A stretch of 64,000 nucleotides of DNA, from NCBI GenBank assembly GCA_046563655.1, contig CM102288.1, positions 1,860,001 to 1,924,000 on the forward strand, written 5' to 3'. This DNA comes from Yuukianura sp. NJ FZ-2021. Its lineage: Eukaryota. This document shows, piece after piece, positions 18,043-31,179 of this stretch. Made by a program: the position numbers and the translations under genes. How positions within the stretch are numbered: position 1 is the first letter of the stretch; the number at the start of each line of letters is the position of its first letter. The notes beneath the pieces are model-generated. The model was not told the DNA's origin. It worked only from the letters and a program-made list of their open reading frames with translations, and searched no databases.

Positions 18043-19040
18043 CAGGGTGTCGGGTTTTTTTGGTTTTTTTCAAAAAAACCAAAAAAACCGGTTTTTTTGG
18101 TTTAAACCAGGTTTTTTTGGTTTTTTTGGTTTAAACCAAAGCTTGCGAATTCATGCGCAATGCGCGAAGAATAATGATGTAGAAGTAAATTAAAGTGGGG
18201 GCCAGGGATATCTGGTATATTTGCACTAGGTATCCTTTCGAATCAAGGTGAAACGAAACTAAAACAATATAAATTTGTTCCACCAATCCCAAGCAGGTAT
18301 GTCGTCTAAAACAGTGTAGGGTACAAAACTTTTTGGAATGGTCCCGTTTGTGCTCTGTACTTCGTAAAGACGGCTAAAAATCATGGAACCCTTTCGTTTT
18401 CAACTGCTGCATAAGTAACGGCGAGTTCAATTACATGCTCCGACAGTTTTTTTACCAAGCTAGACAGGATGCATCAGATTGACGAAATAATGAATAGGAA
18501 GTAGTGCCTGCGACATTCTCTTCCTAGTGGAATCTATTCCATTTTTCGGAACCTTTGCAGTTAAAAATTGCCACTTGACCTTCCATTTCTTGTCCATATG
18601 CGTTACATTTTGCCCTACTGCAATTTCGGTCACGAGAAACTGCTTCCTGGAAGCTTAACCAACGAACCAACCGATGTCACATTTCCTACTGCTGCTATTC
18701 ATTGTTCAATTAACTCAAAAGTACGAACAATTTTAGCCTTAAAACGAAATGGCGTATTGAGCAGTAAGATAGAATAACTTTGAATGCGTGTAAGGCGGTC
18801 TAATTCTGAAAATACGCTGGAAACAGCAAGAGGTTTTTGCTTTTCAAACAAAACTAAAAATGGTTTGACAGAAAAGGACAAAAACAAAGCTCCTGTCGAA
18901 CTATTTTGAATGTTTTTTATCATTTCGCATGAAATTCGTGATTTGGTTTAAACCAATGGTTTTTTTAAAAAAAACCAAGTGGTTTAAACCGTGGTTTAAA
19001 CCATGGTTTAAACCAACTGGTTTCAACCAACGACACCCTG
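18043..19040 (-). mobile_element. Non-autonomous hAT DNA transposon with a decayed transposase fragment
   Basis: TIRs CAGGGTGTCG...CGACACCCTG and an exact 8-bp TSD CAAAAAAT (18035-18042, 19041-19048). Subterminal GGTTTAAACC repeats. The minus strand reads KRMSQALLPIHYFVNLMHPV*...FTKYRAQTGPF...IPAWDWW with stops and frameshifts. Confidence 0.88.
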
Positions 19041-19623
19041 CAAAAAATTAATCTGGAACTGACGACAAAAAAGGCAAACTTTCCTTACGGTAAATGTCGG
19101 CAAAGATGAATACTATCGTATGTACGACTACGTTAAAGTAAAATGTGATGATTAACTTACGTGATTAATCTAATAAATGTGTGGTTGTTACAATCAATTA
19201 ACACAACCGCAACCGAAACGATGTTCGGAAATCAAAATTTGCCAAACAAGGCAAAGAAATCGGAGTAAAAAAACAGCTGATGTCGTCCGATTTAAATTCG
19301 GTTGGACTAAAAGTTACGACAATCTCATTTTCATCCCATTGCAAAGATGGGCACTCAAAAATTAAAAATAAACTAAAAACTAATTAACTTTTGACTTTTA
19401 ATGTGCTTTAATTGCTAAATCCTGACTACCTAATAACATTTTTCATAAAAACAGGCGTATTTCTTGTAATGTATAGTTCAGTAACTTAAAACTTAACTTA
19501 GGAAACTTGGAAACGCGACGAGCAATAACGAAACTCGTGAGTATTGGTAACTTGGTCCGGTTGTTTAAGTTTCTTCGTGGAAGGTTAGAGATTAATTGAC
19601 TTTCGAGTTCCATCTTCATAAGT

Positions 19624-22600
19624 TTAACGATCAAAAATAGTTAGTTCCTCCAATCGCATTGTACCCATGTGAGATTCAACTCGGTAGCGAGCCAAATCCT
19701 TCCTAAACATGGCATAGACACAGCAAAATAAGAAATGCATTGTGAGAATTATGCGATATGATGATTTTACTCACCGTGTGACCATTCCCACGACCTCGTT
19801 CAGACTGAAAATGAAAAAAGTTTACAACTTTGCATTTCTGAATTTGAAAATAATCATGAGAAGATACTCACTCGTTAACAATGACTAAATGGCGTAGTCC
19901 TAATCCACGGAAGAGGCGAAACAATCGAGGGAGACTTGCGTTGTGGAGAGCAGTGTAAGAAGCGGGGTTCATGATTGGTCTCAAGTCAACTGTGAAGCGT
20001 CGTTCCTCGACGCTGATATGAACTTGCTGAATTGTAGGGTAGCGTGGATAGGCGTCTCGAAAGTACTTGAGAATGTCACGGTGACACCAAGTGTCCGCAG
20101 TTTCATTGAACAGCTTATGCTGGAGCATAACGATCAATTGGCTCCTTAGAATCAATCCTCGGTAGGTACCAAAACTTCTCTGTAAGCAAGAAAAATGTAA
20201 AATCAAGTTTTTCAGCCAAAGATTTATGAATTAAAGTAATTGATTTACCCTGTCATCGGTTGTTGGTGGATCTACAACTGGAAATCCGTTGTGAGTTTCT
20301 CCCGTAAGAGTGTCGATGATATTTCCCACGGTTTCTGTAGAATTGAAAGTCACCACAGGACAAGACATGACTTCTGTGGCATAAATGTTGTGAGCCAAAG
20401 AAGGTGGCTGCCACGGAAGTATCGGAACGCCCATCAATCGAATGTGCGTATCGTAAATTCCCTGTAAAGAAACCAAAAATTAACATCGACTCAAAAACTT
20501 GGAAAGAATGCAAAAGCTGTACCTCATTGAAGTAGTCTCCAACCCATTTTGACACCATCAAAGTGATCATCAAAGGAAGGCCTAACGTCAAGTTGCCAGT
20601 TGCTTCAATTAAAATGACTGTCAAACTGATTGTCATGCGTACTACTCCTCCCAACTGCGACGCAGCTCCAATCAGCGCATACTTTCCTGGATCTACCCAA
20701 GACTGAAAATTAAGAAACAAAAACGTATAACTTATTCCTTATACTCAGCAAACCAGTCTCAACCGGAGTTGCCACAAAACTTACTTTATCCGGAAAGTAG
20801 TACCTGAAATCACATAAATTATTTAGCTGGCGTTTGCATGGAAAAAAAAGTTTGAAGTTTGAAAAAACGAAAACTTGAAAAATACAAACTTACTCCATTC
20901 CTGTCCCGACAACTCTTCCCCAAGCAGCACCAGTCAGTAACGCTGGAATGAACAGCCCCGACGAAACGCTCAGACCGTAAGTCCAGCAGGAAAGAAAAAA
21001 GTAAAACGCGAAGAAAATTAAAACCGATGACAATTTGTGCGATCCTAAAAAGTTTAAGAAAAAAATACATCAAATCTCAAATATTTTTCAATTTCAACAA
21101 CTTTTTTTTGTGAAATAACCTTCTACTGACCTGGTGGATCGTGAAACAGCGATTTGACACTCGCTTCAGGGGTTTGAAACCAAATTGCTCCGATAGCGCT
21201 GTATTCCGCATCGCTGCACCTAAAAACAAACAAAACAAACACATTATGAATCCTCATGCGCTATTTTGCGATGTATAAGAACTTACCACATCTGAATTGG
21301 ATATTTTGTTGGATCTTCTCCCAGTGGTTTGCAATCATCGATGAACAGGATCATTCCAAATCCTATTGCCGCAGTACATCCAGCAACCAAGAGAGCTTCA
21401 ATCACTTTGGCCCAACTTCTGTAGATATAACGCAGTCTAAACACAGTCAGTTTGTAGTTGAGGAAATTGAACAGAGCACCAAGGAGTCCACCAATGGCTC
21501 CCATTGCCAGAAAAAGCGGGAGCTCAATGAAGTCGTAGTTCGTGTTATCAAATTTTCCAAAATTTAAAAGGCCAGCGTAGGTCAACTGCCCTGGACGTCC
21601 ATGGTAGGAGCTCAGAATGACGTTAAGCGTAAATGTGGAAATCATCGATCCAAAAAACATGCGCCAAGTGAGTCCTAAGTTATCAAAAAACAAAATCAAG
21701 TCAATTAAAAACAAAACTTTGTAAAAACGTTTAAGTTTTGATGAATTGCCTTACCTTGATTCCAAAAACTTGCACCTTCTTCTAAACTAAACAAAACACC
21801 GCCTACCGGAGCTCCGAATGCTGCAGCTACACCAGCCGCTGCTCCAGCAGAAACGAAATCACGCTTCTCGTGATCCTCCCGAAAGTACGTAAAAAACTTA
21901 AAATCGTGTCCAAATGATGTCGTCTTCCCCTGAGAGATTCCTACAAAACATTTCCAAAAATATTTTTAGACTCAAAATTCCAAAAAACGAAAATCGAACG
22001 TTTCTGATTCGGTACCCGCTGCAACAACAGCTCCAGAGTGAATCATTGGTCCTTCCTGTGAACAGAACGAAGTGAAAATTGTATTTTGTTAACATTTCAA
22101 AATACTGCGAGTATTACCTTTCCGACTGCCAGTCCTCCAATCACAGAGCAGGTCACGCCCACCGCCTTGACCAACAGCGTCTTGATCCTCACAATTCTTG
22201 GCATCTTGATTCCGTTCAAATAGCACTTGACCTGTGGAATTCCACTTCCTGCTGCCACTGGCTCAACGTAGGCAACAAGTACCGATCCAATTAAAATTGG
22301 AAACATGTTCCAACCAATCCACGCAAGGAGTGGAAAAACTAAACAATTGTCGACCACACATCGATCTGTCAAGTTCTTCAATGTGGAATACTTTACCGAC
22401 GAAACTTCTTCAATTGTTATATCAATCGTTGCAGCGATTACTGCAGTGAAGATCCCAATAAACATGATGATGATCCATCGATACAGATCTCTTCTGGCGA
22501 TGAATTGGTACCCCTGCGTCCGTTCCTCGTCAATATGAAGTTGGTTTTCACAAATGTCGTAGTCTAGACTTTCAAATTTAGAAGAGAGCAGGCGGAGATT

Positions 22601-23023
22601 CCCTGGTTGAACTTTGGTGACCGTAACACGCTGTGAGTCACAAAGTGGATGCATGTCGTTAACTGAATCGCTACTTTCGTAACTTGCACTTGTAATTCCG
22701 TGGAGACTTTCACTTTCATCGCCAATGAGGTACTGGCCATTCTCGTCCTGAAACAAAACAATACAAAAGTGAAATTTAATAGTTACCACTTCCGAAACAA
22801 AAAGTAATTAAATAGTTACAATCACTTTCGAACTAACCCTGATAACTACGCTGGATGTTCTTCTCCTTGGTGGAGCGATGCTGTCTCTTCTTGGATTAGA
22901 ACAAGTACTGAATCGTCTAGTGGAACAAAGAAGTGGTGAAACTTCATCGTCACCTTCCATTGACGGAGATACTCCAACTCCGTTCCCGCCAATTGGACTA
23001 GTACTTGGTTTGCTCGGATCCAT
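19624..23023 (-). CDS. CLCN7: Lysosomal H+/Cl- exchanger ClC-7
   Basis: [71 protein letters not shown] and GIYD motifs, plus CBS domains ([13 protein letters not shown]). Confidence 0.96.
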
Positions 23024-23631
23024 GACCTCGACTTGACCTTTCCAAGGTGAGCGGTTCAACTTCAATTAACTAATTGTCGTCTTCTAGTCGCATTTTCGCT
23101 GAATGATTTAGCACTAAAAAAAACAAAAGGGGTGTTTTATTGGGTATACGGTATACGTGAATCCAGTCACACATGTGTAGGTTTGTAGGTAGATTGTGCA
23201 ACTATTTTGCAAAAAAAAACTTTTATATAACTTACGAACTTAAAACAGCAGCGCAGCGTATCGTCTGAAGTTTCTTAAAGTCGGAACGAGGACCAATTTG
23301 TTGTGATAACTTCAACTGAAAACCTCGTCTGTAGTTCCAACTCCTCCTTAAGTGGCGTAATTCTTTTAGTCTTGATGAGCTTTGACCTCTAGAAGAAAAT
23401 GAATGAATCACAGGAAAAAATTAACGAAAACAGATTAGGAGGATTATAAAAATACTAGCCAAAGAGAATACTCTGCTTTCCCTCCGTTTATCAGCTGTTG
23501 AGTCATATGTGGTCTCAAGTCGAGAAATAAACGGAGGGAGTAACTATTCTTCCGAAAATTTTCAACAATATTTGAAATTTTTACTGCAAATCACTTTGTA
23601 AAACGATTAAGATGAGCACAACTTACAAATA

Positions 23632-25249
23632 TTACAAGCATATCTTCACTATTGAACTTGTAGTCCAATGTAAATCACAAGTTGGGCAGGTCTGTGTCTC
23701 CGTTTTCACCAATCCGATGAGACAGTTTCTGCAAATAATGACATGGTTGCAAGTACTTTTGTAGAATACTTGTACTGGAGAGTTTTTCCCCGACGTTTCT
23801 AACTTTTGACAGCATTTGAGACACTGTTGAGTAAGAGAAGTTGAAGCGTCGCCAGAGTCACGTGGCTTATAACAAGAAGCGTCGCCTAAGATCCGAGCCA
23901 GTTCCTGTTCCATAAACTCCTTCGAAGTCACTGGAATTTCTTGTACAGGCGGAGTGGTAGAATTGAATTGTGCAGCAGTTGAGTTGCTCATCTGCGCGAA
24001 CGAAGAAGGCGCTGACGATGATTGCTCAGGTTGTAAAGGAATTTCAGCGATTCGGGAGCATTGTAGCACACCATCAGTTCCTGTTGACTTTGATCCGAGT
24101 GTCCTAGGAACTTGAGCTACGCTTAAACTTGAACTTTGACTGAGAAAGGCATCAATGCGCCCTTTGAGGGCCAAATCTGGAACGGGCCTTGAGTCGTCCG
24201 TAAAAACTTTTCCGGTAAATGGATCGTTTTCACTTCTTCCCCATTTAGCTTCTTCTCTTGTGTATCTCTCCAACGTTTTAGATCCAATTGCTACCCCACA
24301 GGGAAGACGAATAGGCTGAACCAGCACTTCAAACGTAATGGGATCCAGAAACTCTTCTGGAATTTCCATTTCAGATGCTTCATCATCCGATAATTTCCGG
24401 CGCTTATTAGTCTGGAGGCAGTCGGAATCGTTGTCTATCTGATTTAGTAGAAAAAGTGAGACAAATTCATCTCCCATTCTCAAAATTTTGATAATTTTAT
24501 CAGTGAAAACTAACCTCCAAAGTTCGTTTTTGTTTCGATGTATTTTTGAATTGTATCCAAGTACTTAAGAGCTTCTGGACTTCGGCAAAAGTAGACCATT
24601 TTGAAGGTTGGCCCCAGATTTCCAGTGCACCTAAAACGGGTAGCCTAGCTGGTGCTTCAGCTCTTTCTATGGTTAAATGTAGAGAGAAGATGCGTTCACA
24701 TGCGTTGTATGTTGGATGTCGAAGACCAAACGAATTGGGATTGTTTCGGTGATACTCAAAGTCTGCCAGAGAAAGATTACAATATTTTCGGTGAAGGATG
24801 AACCGCGGATTGCGAAATACAACGACTGGAGGTATTTGTGGACCTTGAAGAAGTTCACGACCAATTTGGAACAAGTTATGTTCCTCGCCTTTTTCATTCT
24901 TATGATAAAAAAAAACATTGTTATTAGTGTTACATCTTCACAGACATTATGAGTAACTGATTCAACTTACTGAATTTATGTCCACTTCGATCTTGAATCC
25001 AGAAGACATTTGTTGACCAAGCTTAGGATTGATGACAATATGACTTAGGTGAATAGGAGTTGGAAAGTCCAGTCGAATTTTAACCGGAGGGCGGACAAAT
25101 CTGGAAGGCATGAATCCCGTACCCTCCGACCCCATTATAGTTGCAATAGCACTTGATTTTCTCAGCAGATTGGTAACATCATAACCTTCCTCCGATACTC
25201 GTCCAACGACTTCAATTTTAGTGCCGAGTTCCTCTGTACAAAAATTCAT
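23632..25249 (-). CDS. UBOX5: U-box/RING E3 ligase (RING finger protein 37)
   Basis: N-terminal MNFC...SEEGYDVTNLL...FVRPPV...FP and LEIWGQP motifs, a U-box (IPEEFLDPITFEVLVQPIRLPCG...DPFTG) and a C-terminal RING (C..C...C.H..CR.CL...CPTC). Confidence 0.9.
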
Positions 25250-25287
25250 GATTCGACTGGTGGTTGGACTTCCCCAATCTTGTAAGT

Positions 25288-25517
25288 TCTGTTCAAATTA
25301 GCAAATTGTTAAAGTCCGGTATGGATAGAACGATCGGTTGTTAGAAACTATACCAATTATTGATGAACAGTTTCCATCCGAGCCACATCCAAAGAGAACA
25401 GAAGAGGAAGGCAGGAACAGAGGCTACCGTTACAATGAATGCATATGTGACATCGGATAACTCAATTTCTGCATTCCATTCATCCAGTGTCAAATTCCCA
25501 AAAAGATTGAGTTCCAT
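25288..25517 (-). CDS. PIG-Y-like small membrane protein (54 aa), upstream ORF of the UBOX5 transcript
   Basis: MELNLFGNLTLDEWNAEIELSDVTYAFIVTVASVPAFLFCSLWMWLGWKLFINN. The C-terminus resembles the PIG-Y/Eri1 signature W-x-W-x-G-x-KLF-x-x-N-stop. A predicted 65-nt GT-AG intron (25353-25289) creates the TG|A stop. Confidence 0.65.
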
Positions 25518-25898
25518 TTACCGAAGATTAGGCCAGTACAAGAGCGAAGTTCCGGAAGTTAGATGGCCAACTTTACTTGACCTTGACCTTAGAGCTAGAC
25601 GAACTACAACAAATGTGAAATGTTATACGATCTTGTAACTTAAGTTCTATAGATAGAGTTATTCATTACCTTTTCGAATTGAGAAACCCCGTTTCTCACA
25701 TGTAATTAACAATTAAATTTTAGTTTGAAACGAAACGAAACAGCGAAAGTGAACGTGTGTTCTGTTATTGCAATGCAATTCGGCTAAAAATTACAAATGA
25801 ATTTAAAAAAAGTAAACAAAGAATCATAGCTGGACAAAATTCGCTATTGTGCATCCAATTTTCTTGCAAATAAAAGTCAGCGAATCCCCGATCGCTGA

Positions 25899-26673
<775 letters not shown>

Positions 26674-27049
26674 CCTTCTCTAGTTTCCTGTAAAAGTTAA
26701 AAAATAAGCTTAAAAGTAATTCGTTTGGAATCCAATTACTTTTCCAGTAATGTTGCTTACCGGAATTCAGAATTGAATTGAGGATTTGTCACTTTCCCTC
26801 TCTAAATTACAAATGGAAAGTGTTTCTACTTATTCCTGGAAAATCTCACACCACACAAGTGGTATAATATCGTGAGACGAACAAAAAACAAGCTTAAAAG
26901 CTAATTAATCGGACTCATAACGAATTTTTCTTAATTTTGGTAAGTTTACAAACAAATTACATCTCAATTTGGATGGCTACAGGTTATTCCTTCTGCTTAA
27001 TTTTAAGTAAAACTGCACTGCAACCGTTTTTTTTCGCCCATCCTCTTCA

Positions 27050-30000
27050 TCACTCATCCGACCGGAAATCGGACCTGAAAGTTAAAAACCCATTAACATG
27101 AAAACTGAAACTGAAAGATTCAAAAACACTAAATTATGAAACAAATTCAACAAAAAATACGAACTCTACAACTCACCAATCAGGTCGCTCGAGGCTGATC
27201 TGTCGCCACTGATCTGCGATTTGTCCAATCATCCTTGGAATCTCATTTTGATATCGAAATGCTGCAACGTTGAACGGTGAATACGTCAGATGGAATTCCG
27301 GATCCGGGCTAACACCTCCATTTTTACTCTTGGCAGACCTCGGTGCTGATCGACTACTCTCAAGTGGCGACGGTGTTGGAGTCGTTGACACAACGTTTCG
27401 AAGTTTCCGTTCGTCCGCTGCTTCTTCACTTCCTTCCGACGAACCAGGCGGCGGTTGTGGCTGCTCCTTTCCCAGTGCCAAAAGTCTCGCAAATCTTTGC
27501 ATAACGTCTGGATCCAAGTCGACTCCTCTCCCATCGTGATCTTCGCCTTCATCTTCATGATCTTCCGAAATTGAATGCGATAGCCACTTGGCTTGTCTCT
27601 GACAAACCTTGGCCAGAATACTTCGCAAATCTCCAGAAGGACGTAACGGAGGCTTCAAAACAGGGAGTCGTGGTACTGGTGATCCTAGGGAACTCTTGGT
27701 AGAAGCAGAATCATAGATTAAGTTGAGATCCACATTTGGAAATGACGATGAAGTGGTTGAATCAGCTCCAGGCTTCGACGATCCTGCCGGACTCGCAACA
27801 TTGTTCGACCAATTCGTATCTGTTGTTGGAGTATGTGAGTTTGGCGTAGAAGAATTTTGTGGTTGACTAAACTGGGACCAATTACTACCGAATGGTGATT
27901 GGTTGGCAAATGCCGGATCACGTGATGAAACAGTTGTACCGTAGTAGGCAGTACCGTTTGTAGTACCGTTGGTGGTACCGTTGAAACCACCGCTTGATCT
28001 AGAAGAAGACGACGAAGATGATACGGTAACATCAGAATTGATTTGGACAACAGATGAATCAGAAATAGAAGAGTCCTTGGACGTTGACATTTGAGCAACT
28101 AGGTCAGGATCCATGTTGAGCAGTTTCTTAATGTAATGTCGAAGTATCTTCTGCGAAGCTTCAGTTGGTATGGCCATTTTACTCTGTGTAGTGGCCGATT
28201 GTGTTTGACTTTGGCTTTTACTGGCAGACTGACTTTGACCTTGACCGTCTCCGGTTTGTTTTGATCGACTTTTGGCTTTCTTCGTGTTGGCCCCAGATGA
28301 TGGGGAAACACGATCTTTCCACTTGCCGGTTTGAGACGGACCTTGACTTTGGTTAGTAGAAACACCTTGGCTTCCAGGATGCTGTCGAGATGTTCCTTGC
28401 TGCTGCTGCTGTAGCCGCTGATTCTGTTGCTGCTGACTCTGTTGTTGTTGATACTGTTGGGACGTTCCTTGCTGCTGCTGTTGTTGATGCTGCGGAGGTT
28501 GCTGTTGAAACTGCTGGGACGTTCCTTGCTGCTGCTTATGATGATGATGATGATGATGATGCCGAGGTTGTTGTTGTTGAAACTGTTGGGACGTTCCTTG
28601 CTGCTGCTGATGTTGGTGCTGCCGACTTTGTTGTTGAAACTGTTGGGACGTTCCTTGCAGCTGCTGATGTTGCCGAGGTTGTTGCTGTTGTTGTTGAAAC
28701 TGTTGGGACGTCCCTTGCTGCTGCTGATGTTGATGCTGCCGAGGTTGTTGTTGTTGAAACTGCTGCTGTTGATTCTGTTGCCGCTGATACTGGTCCTCCT
28801 GACGCTGTCGCTCCTGGGTCAGCTGTTGCTGATTTTGCCCCTGCTGATTCAGTTGTTGCTGATTTTGTCCCTGCTGATGTTGCTGCTGCCGATGCTGTTG
28901 CTCATGCTGCTGTTTTTCTGTTCGTAGCTTTTGTTTTGATTGCTTTCGTGAAGGTGCAGTAGTGGACAATGCGAGCTTAGACCTCTTCCTCTTCGTACTA
29001 ACCTTGCTTCGACTCTTCTTGACCGCAAGACGAGGAATTCTGCTGTGCTTCTTGGTTGTACGAGTAGCAGTGGAAACTGCTGATGGAACTTCACCAACTC
29101 CTGTTACATTTTGATTTTGAATTTGAACATTTCCAGTTGGACCGCTGGTAATCGCTGGTTTTGTACTCGCTTCTGTTGAAGAAGGCGTAGTTGTTTTTGT
29201 TTTCTGTTGTGTTACCGGTGGTGTAGGATTGCTAATCAAATCTATTATTGCAGCACCACCGTCATCCTCCTCCTGCTGCATTTCCTCTTCATTTTGTTCT
29301 CTGTCGGCTCTAGCCGCCAAATTCTCGGTTTCTCTTCGCTTCAATTCAGCTTCCAGTTCCTCCAGTTTGTCCTTGACGCTCATGTAAGCCTTCATCACTT
29401 CCTGTTTCCGATGTAGCTCCTGATACCCAATACCAGAACCTGGATCAGCAGAACCAGAACCAGAACCCGGGCGAGAACCAGAACCAGAACCAGTTCTACC
29501 GGTCCGGGCACTCTGATTTGGAATGACAACACCATCAGAATCCGGAGCAGTCACGGTTATCGATGGAACTTGGACAACAGCTGACGATGCTGGCAGTGGT
29601 CTTGGAGACGGTTGTGATGATGCTGGCAGTTGTCGTGGTGACGGTTTCTGGACAGCAGTATTTGGCATTTGTATGTCAATGGGCTTTGGAGGAAGTTGAA
29701 TAGGCGGAAGTGTCCATTGTGGAGTGTCGACCATTTCAATTTCGTCTCCCATTAGATCTGCCATTTGAGATCTTGCTGCAGCCATGATTTCCTCGTAGCG
29801 ATTGTTCAGCTTCGTAACGAAATCGTTTTTATCAAATGGCCTTGGAGATGTACCCGTCGGTGGAAGTATTGCTGGAGGCCGCAGGTGACTGTGACTGTCA
29901 CCTTCATCTTCCTCTTCTTCTTCAATTGTCGTCATTAAATCGTTCGTAAGTTGCTTGTATCTTTGTTCCAATCGAGCTATCTTAAGAGCTTTCTTCCCTC

Positions 30001-31179
30001 TCTGCTTCGTTTTCTTATGAATAAGGTGCTTTTTCGCAGCAACTCTTTGATCTTCCTTTTCTTGTTCCTCTGTTTGTGCCTTTGCTTGATCCCAGGCCGA
30101 TGGAGTTGAGCCGTCATGAGTTACTCTAACGGCCAATCCTGGAGGAGCTTTATACTTCTGAGGGGGCAATGGAATGTTGGCATCCACAAACTGAACATCG
30201 TCTGGCTGCTTTTTCTTTTTTGTCAAAGGACGAAACGGACGATAAGGTCGAGGTGAGCTCTGAGTTGATGTTGTATGTTGATCACTGTGGAAATCTAGTC
30301 GTGACGAACCGTCTGCTCGGGCATTGTCGGCTACCTCCAGAGGAGCGACTCTTTCTGGATGACTTGAAGGTGGACAAGTACAACTCCTCATTTTCTTCTT
30401 AGATCGAGTTTTCTTTTTGCGTTTCTTGGGAGGATGGTTTTCAGTGCCCTTGTGTCCAGGAACACGAAGAGTCTTGGCCAAGCTCTGTTGGTAACCTTGT
30501 CGCTTCAGTTTGTCACGAAGGCTACAAAAAAAAATTAGAACAATGAATTTAGAATTTGGAAAAAAAATTAAGAAAAGTGAAATGCTTACGTTTCCGGTTT
30601 ATGTTCAACGTTTCTAGAACGAAATGGACGTCGGTCAACGAGGTTTTTGGATTTCATGTCCTCCAGTGCCCGAACACTTTCACGAATTCGTTGAAGTCTG
30701 GTAGAATCTTCATTTCGCTGCTGCTCCTGTTTCTTTGCCTTATTTAGTGCTTGTGAATAACGAATCTTGGCCTTTTTATCATCTTCGATAGCCTTATCCT
30801 CTTTAATTGCTTGGTAATTGGGATAACTCGCGGCAGCACGATGTGCTGCTCCAATTTCCCCAACAGCAGCAATGTGACTACTTGTCAGTTCCTTTAGATT
30901 CTTGATAGCATCATCAGTGACTTCATGAGCAACTTCTGCAATCAGTTCCTTCAAACTCCGCTGTTTTTCGGCTTCATACTTCTGGCGTGTATCCGAAAGC
31001 CAAGAGTTAGCTTGCTGTCGTACCTGAATCAATTAAACGTAAAGATTTAAAGTTAAACTTATAAATCATAGATATTGAGTCTGTAGTGCTTTAATTACTT
31101 GTGAGATTCGTTGTACACGACGTTTAGACTTTTCAGCTTCGGCCAACTTTTGAGATTGCGTCTTCTCGTAGGATTCCAT
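27050..31179 (-). CDS. Centriole protein Ana1/CEP295-like (4 coding exons, long low-complexity body)
   Basis: The N-terminal RRVQRISQ|VRQQ...VGEIGAAHRAA...KAKIRYSQAL resembles the CEP295/Ana1 N-terminal conserved region (RLLQVREQ...MGEGHRQA...RHKEAL). It is followed by a 3.3-kb exon with coiled coils and Q-rich repeats. Confidence 0.65.
28385..28915 (-). repeat. Coding Gln-rich repeat (QQQQGTSQQFQQQ.PR units, CAA/CAG runs, poly-His)
   Basis: About six GTSQQ/GTSRQ-containing units are visible in the 27173-30481 ORF. Confidence 0.85.

Noticed and set aside
23464..23550. Hairpin as a SECIS element
   Set aside because: Lacks the AUGA/GA quartet geometry, and no in-frame TGA was seen in the UBOX5 model.
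25360..25638. Plus-strand 92-aa ORF
   Set aside because: Antisense to the PIG-Y-like ORF and leader, with no features of its own.
28390..28962. Plus-strand poly-Leu and Ala/Val ORFs
   Set aside because: Antisense shadows of the Gln-rich coding repeat.
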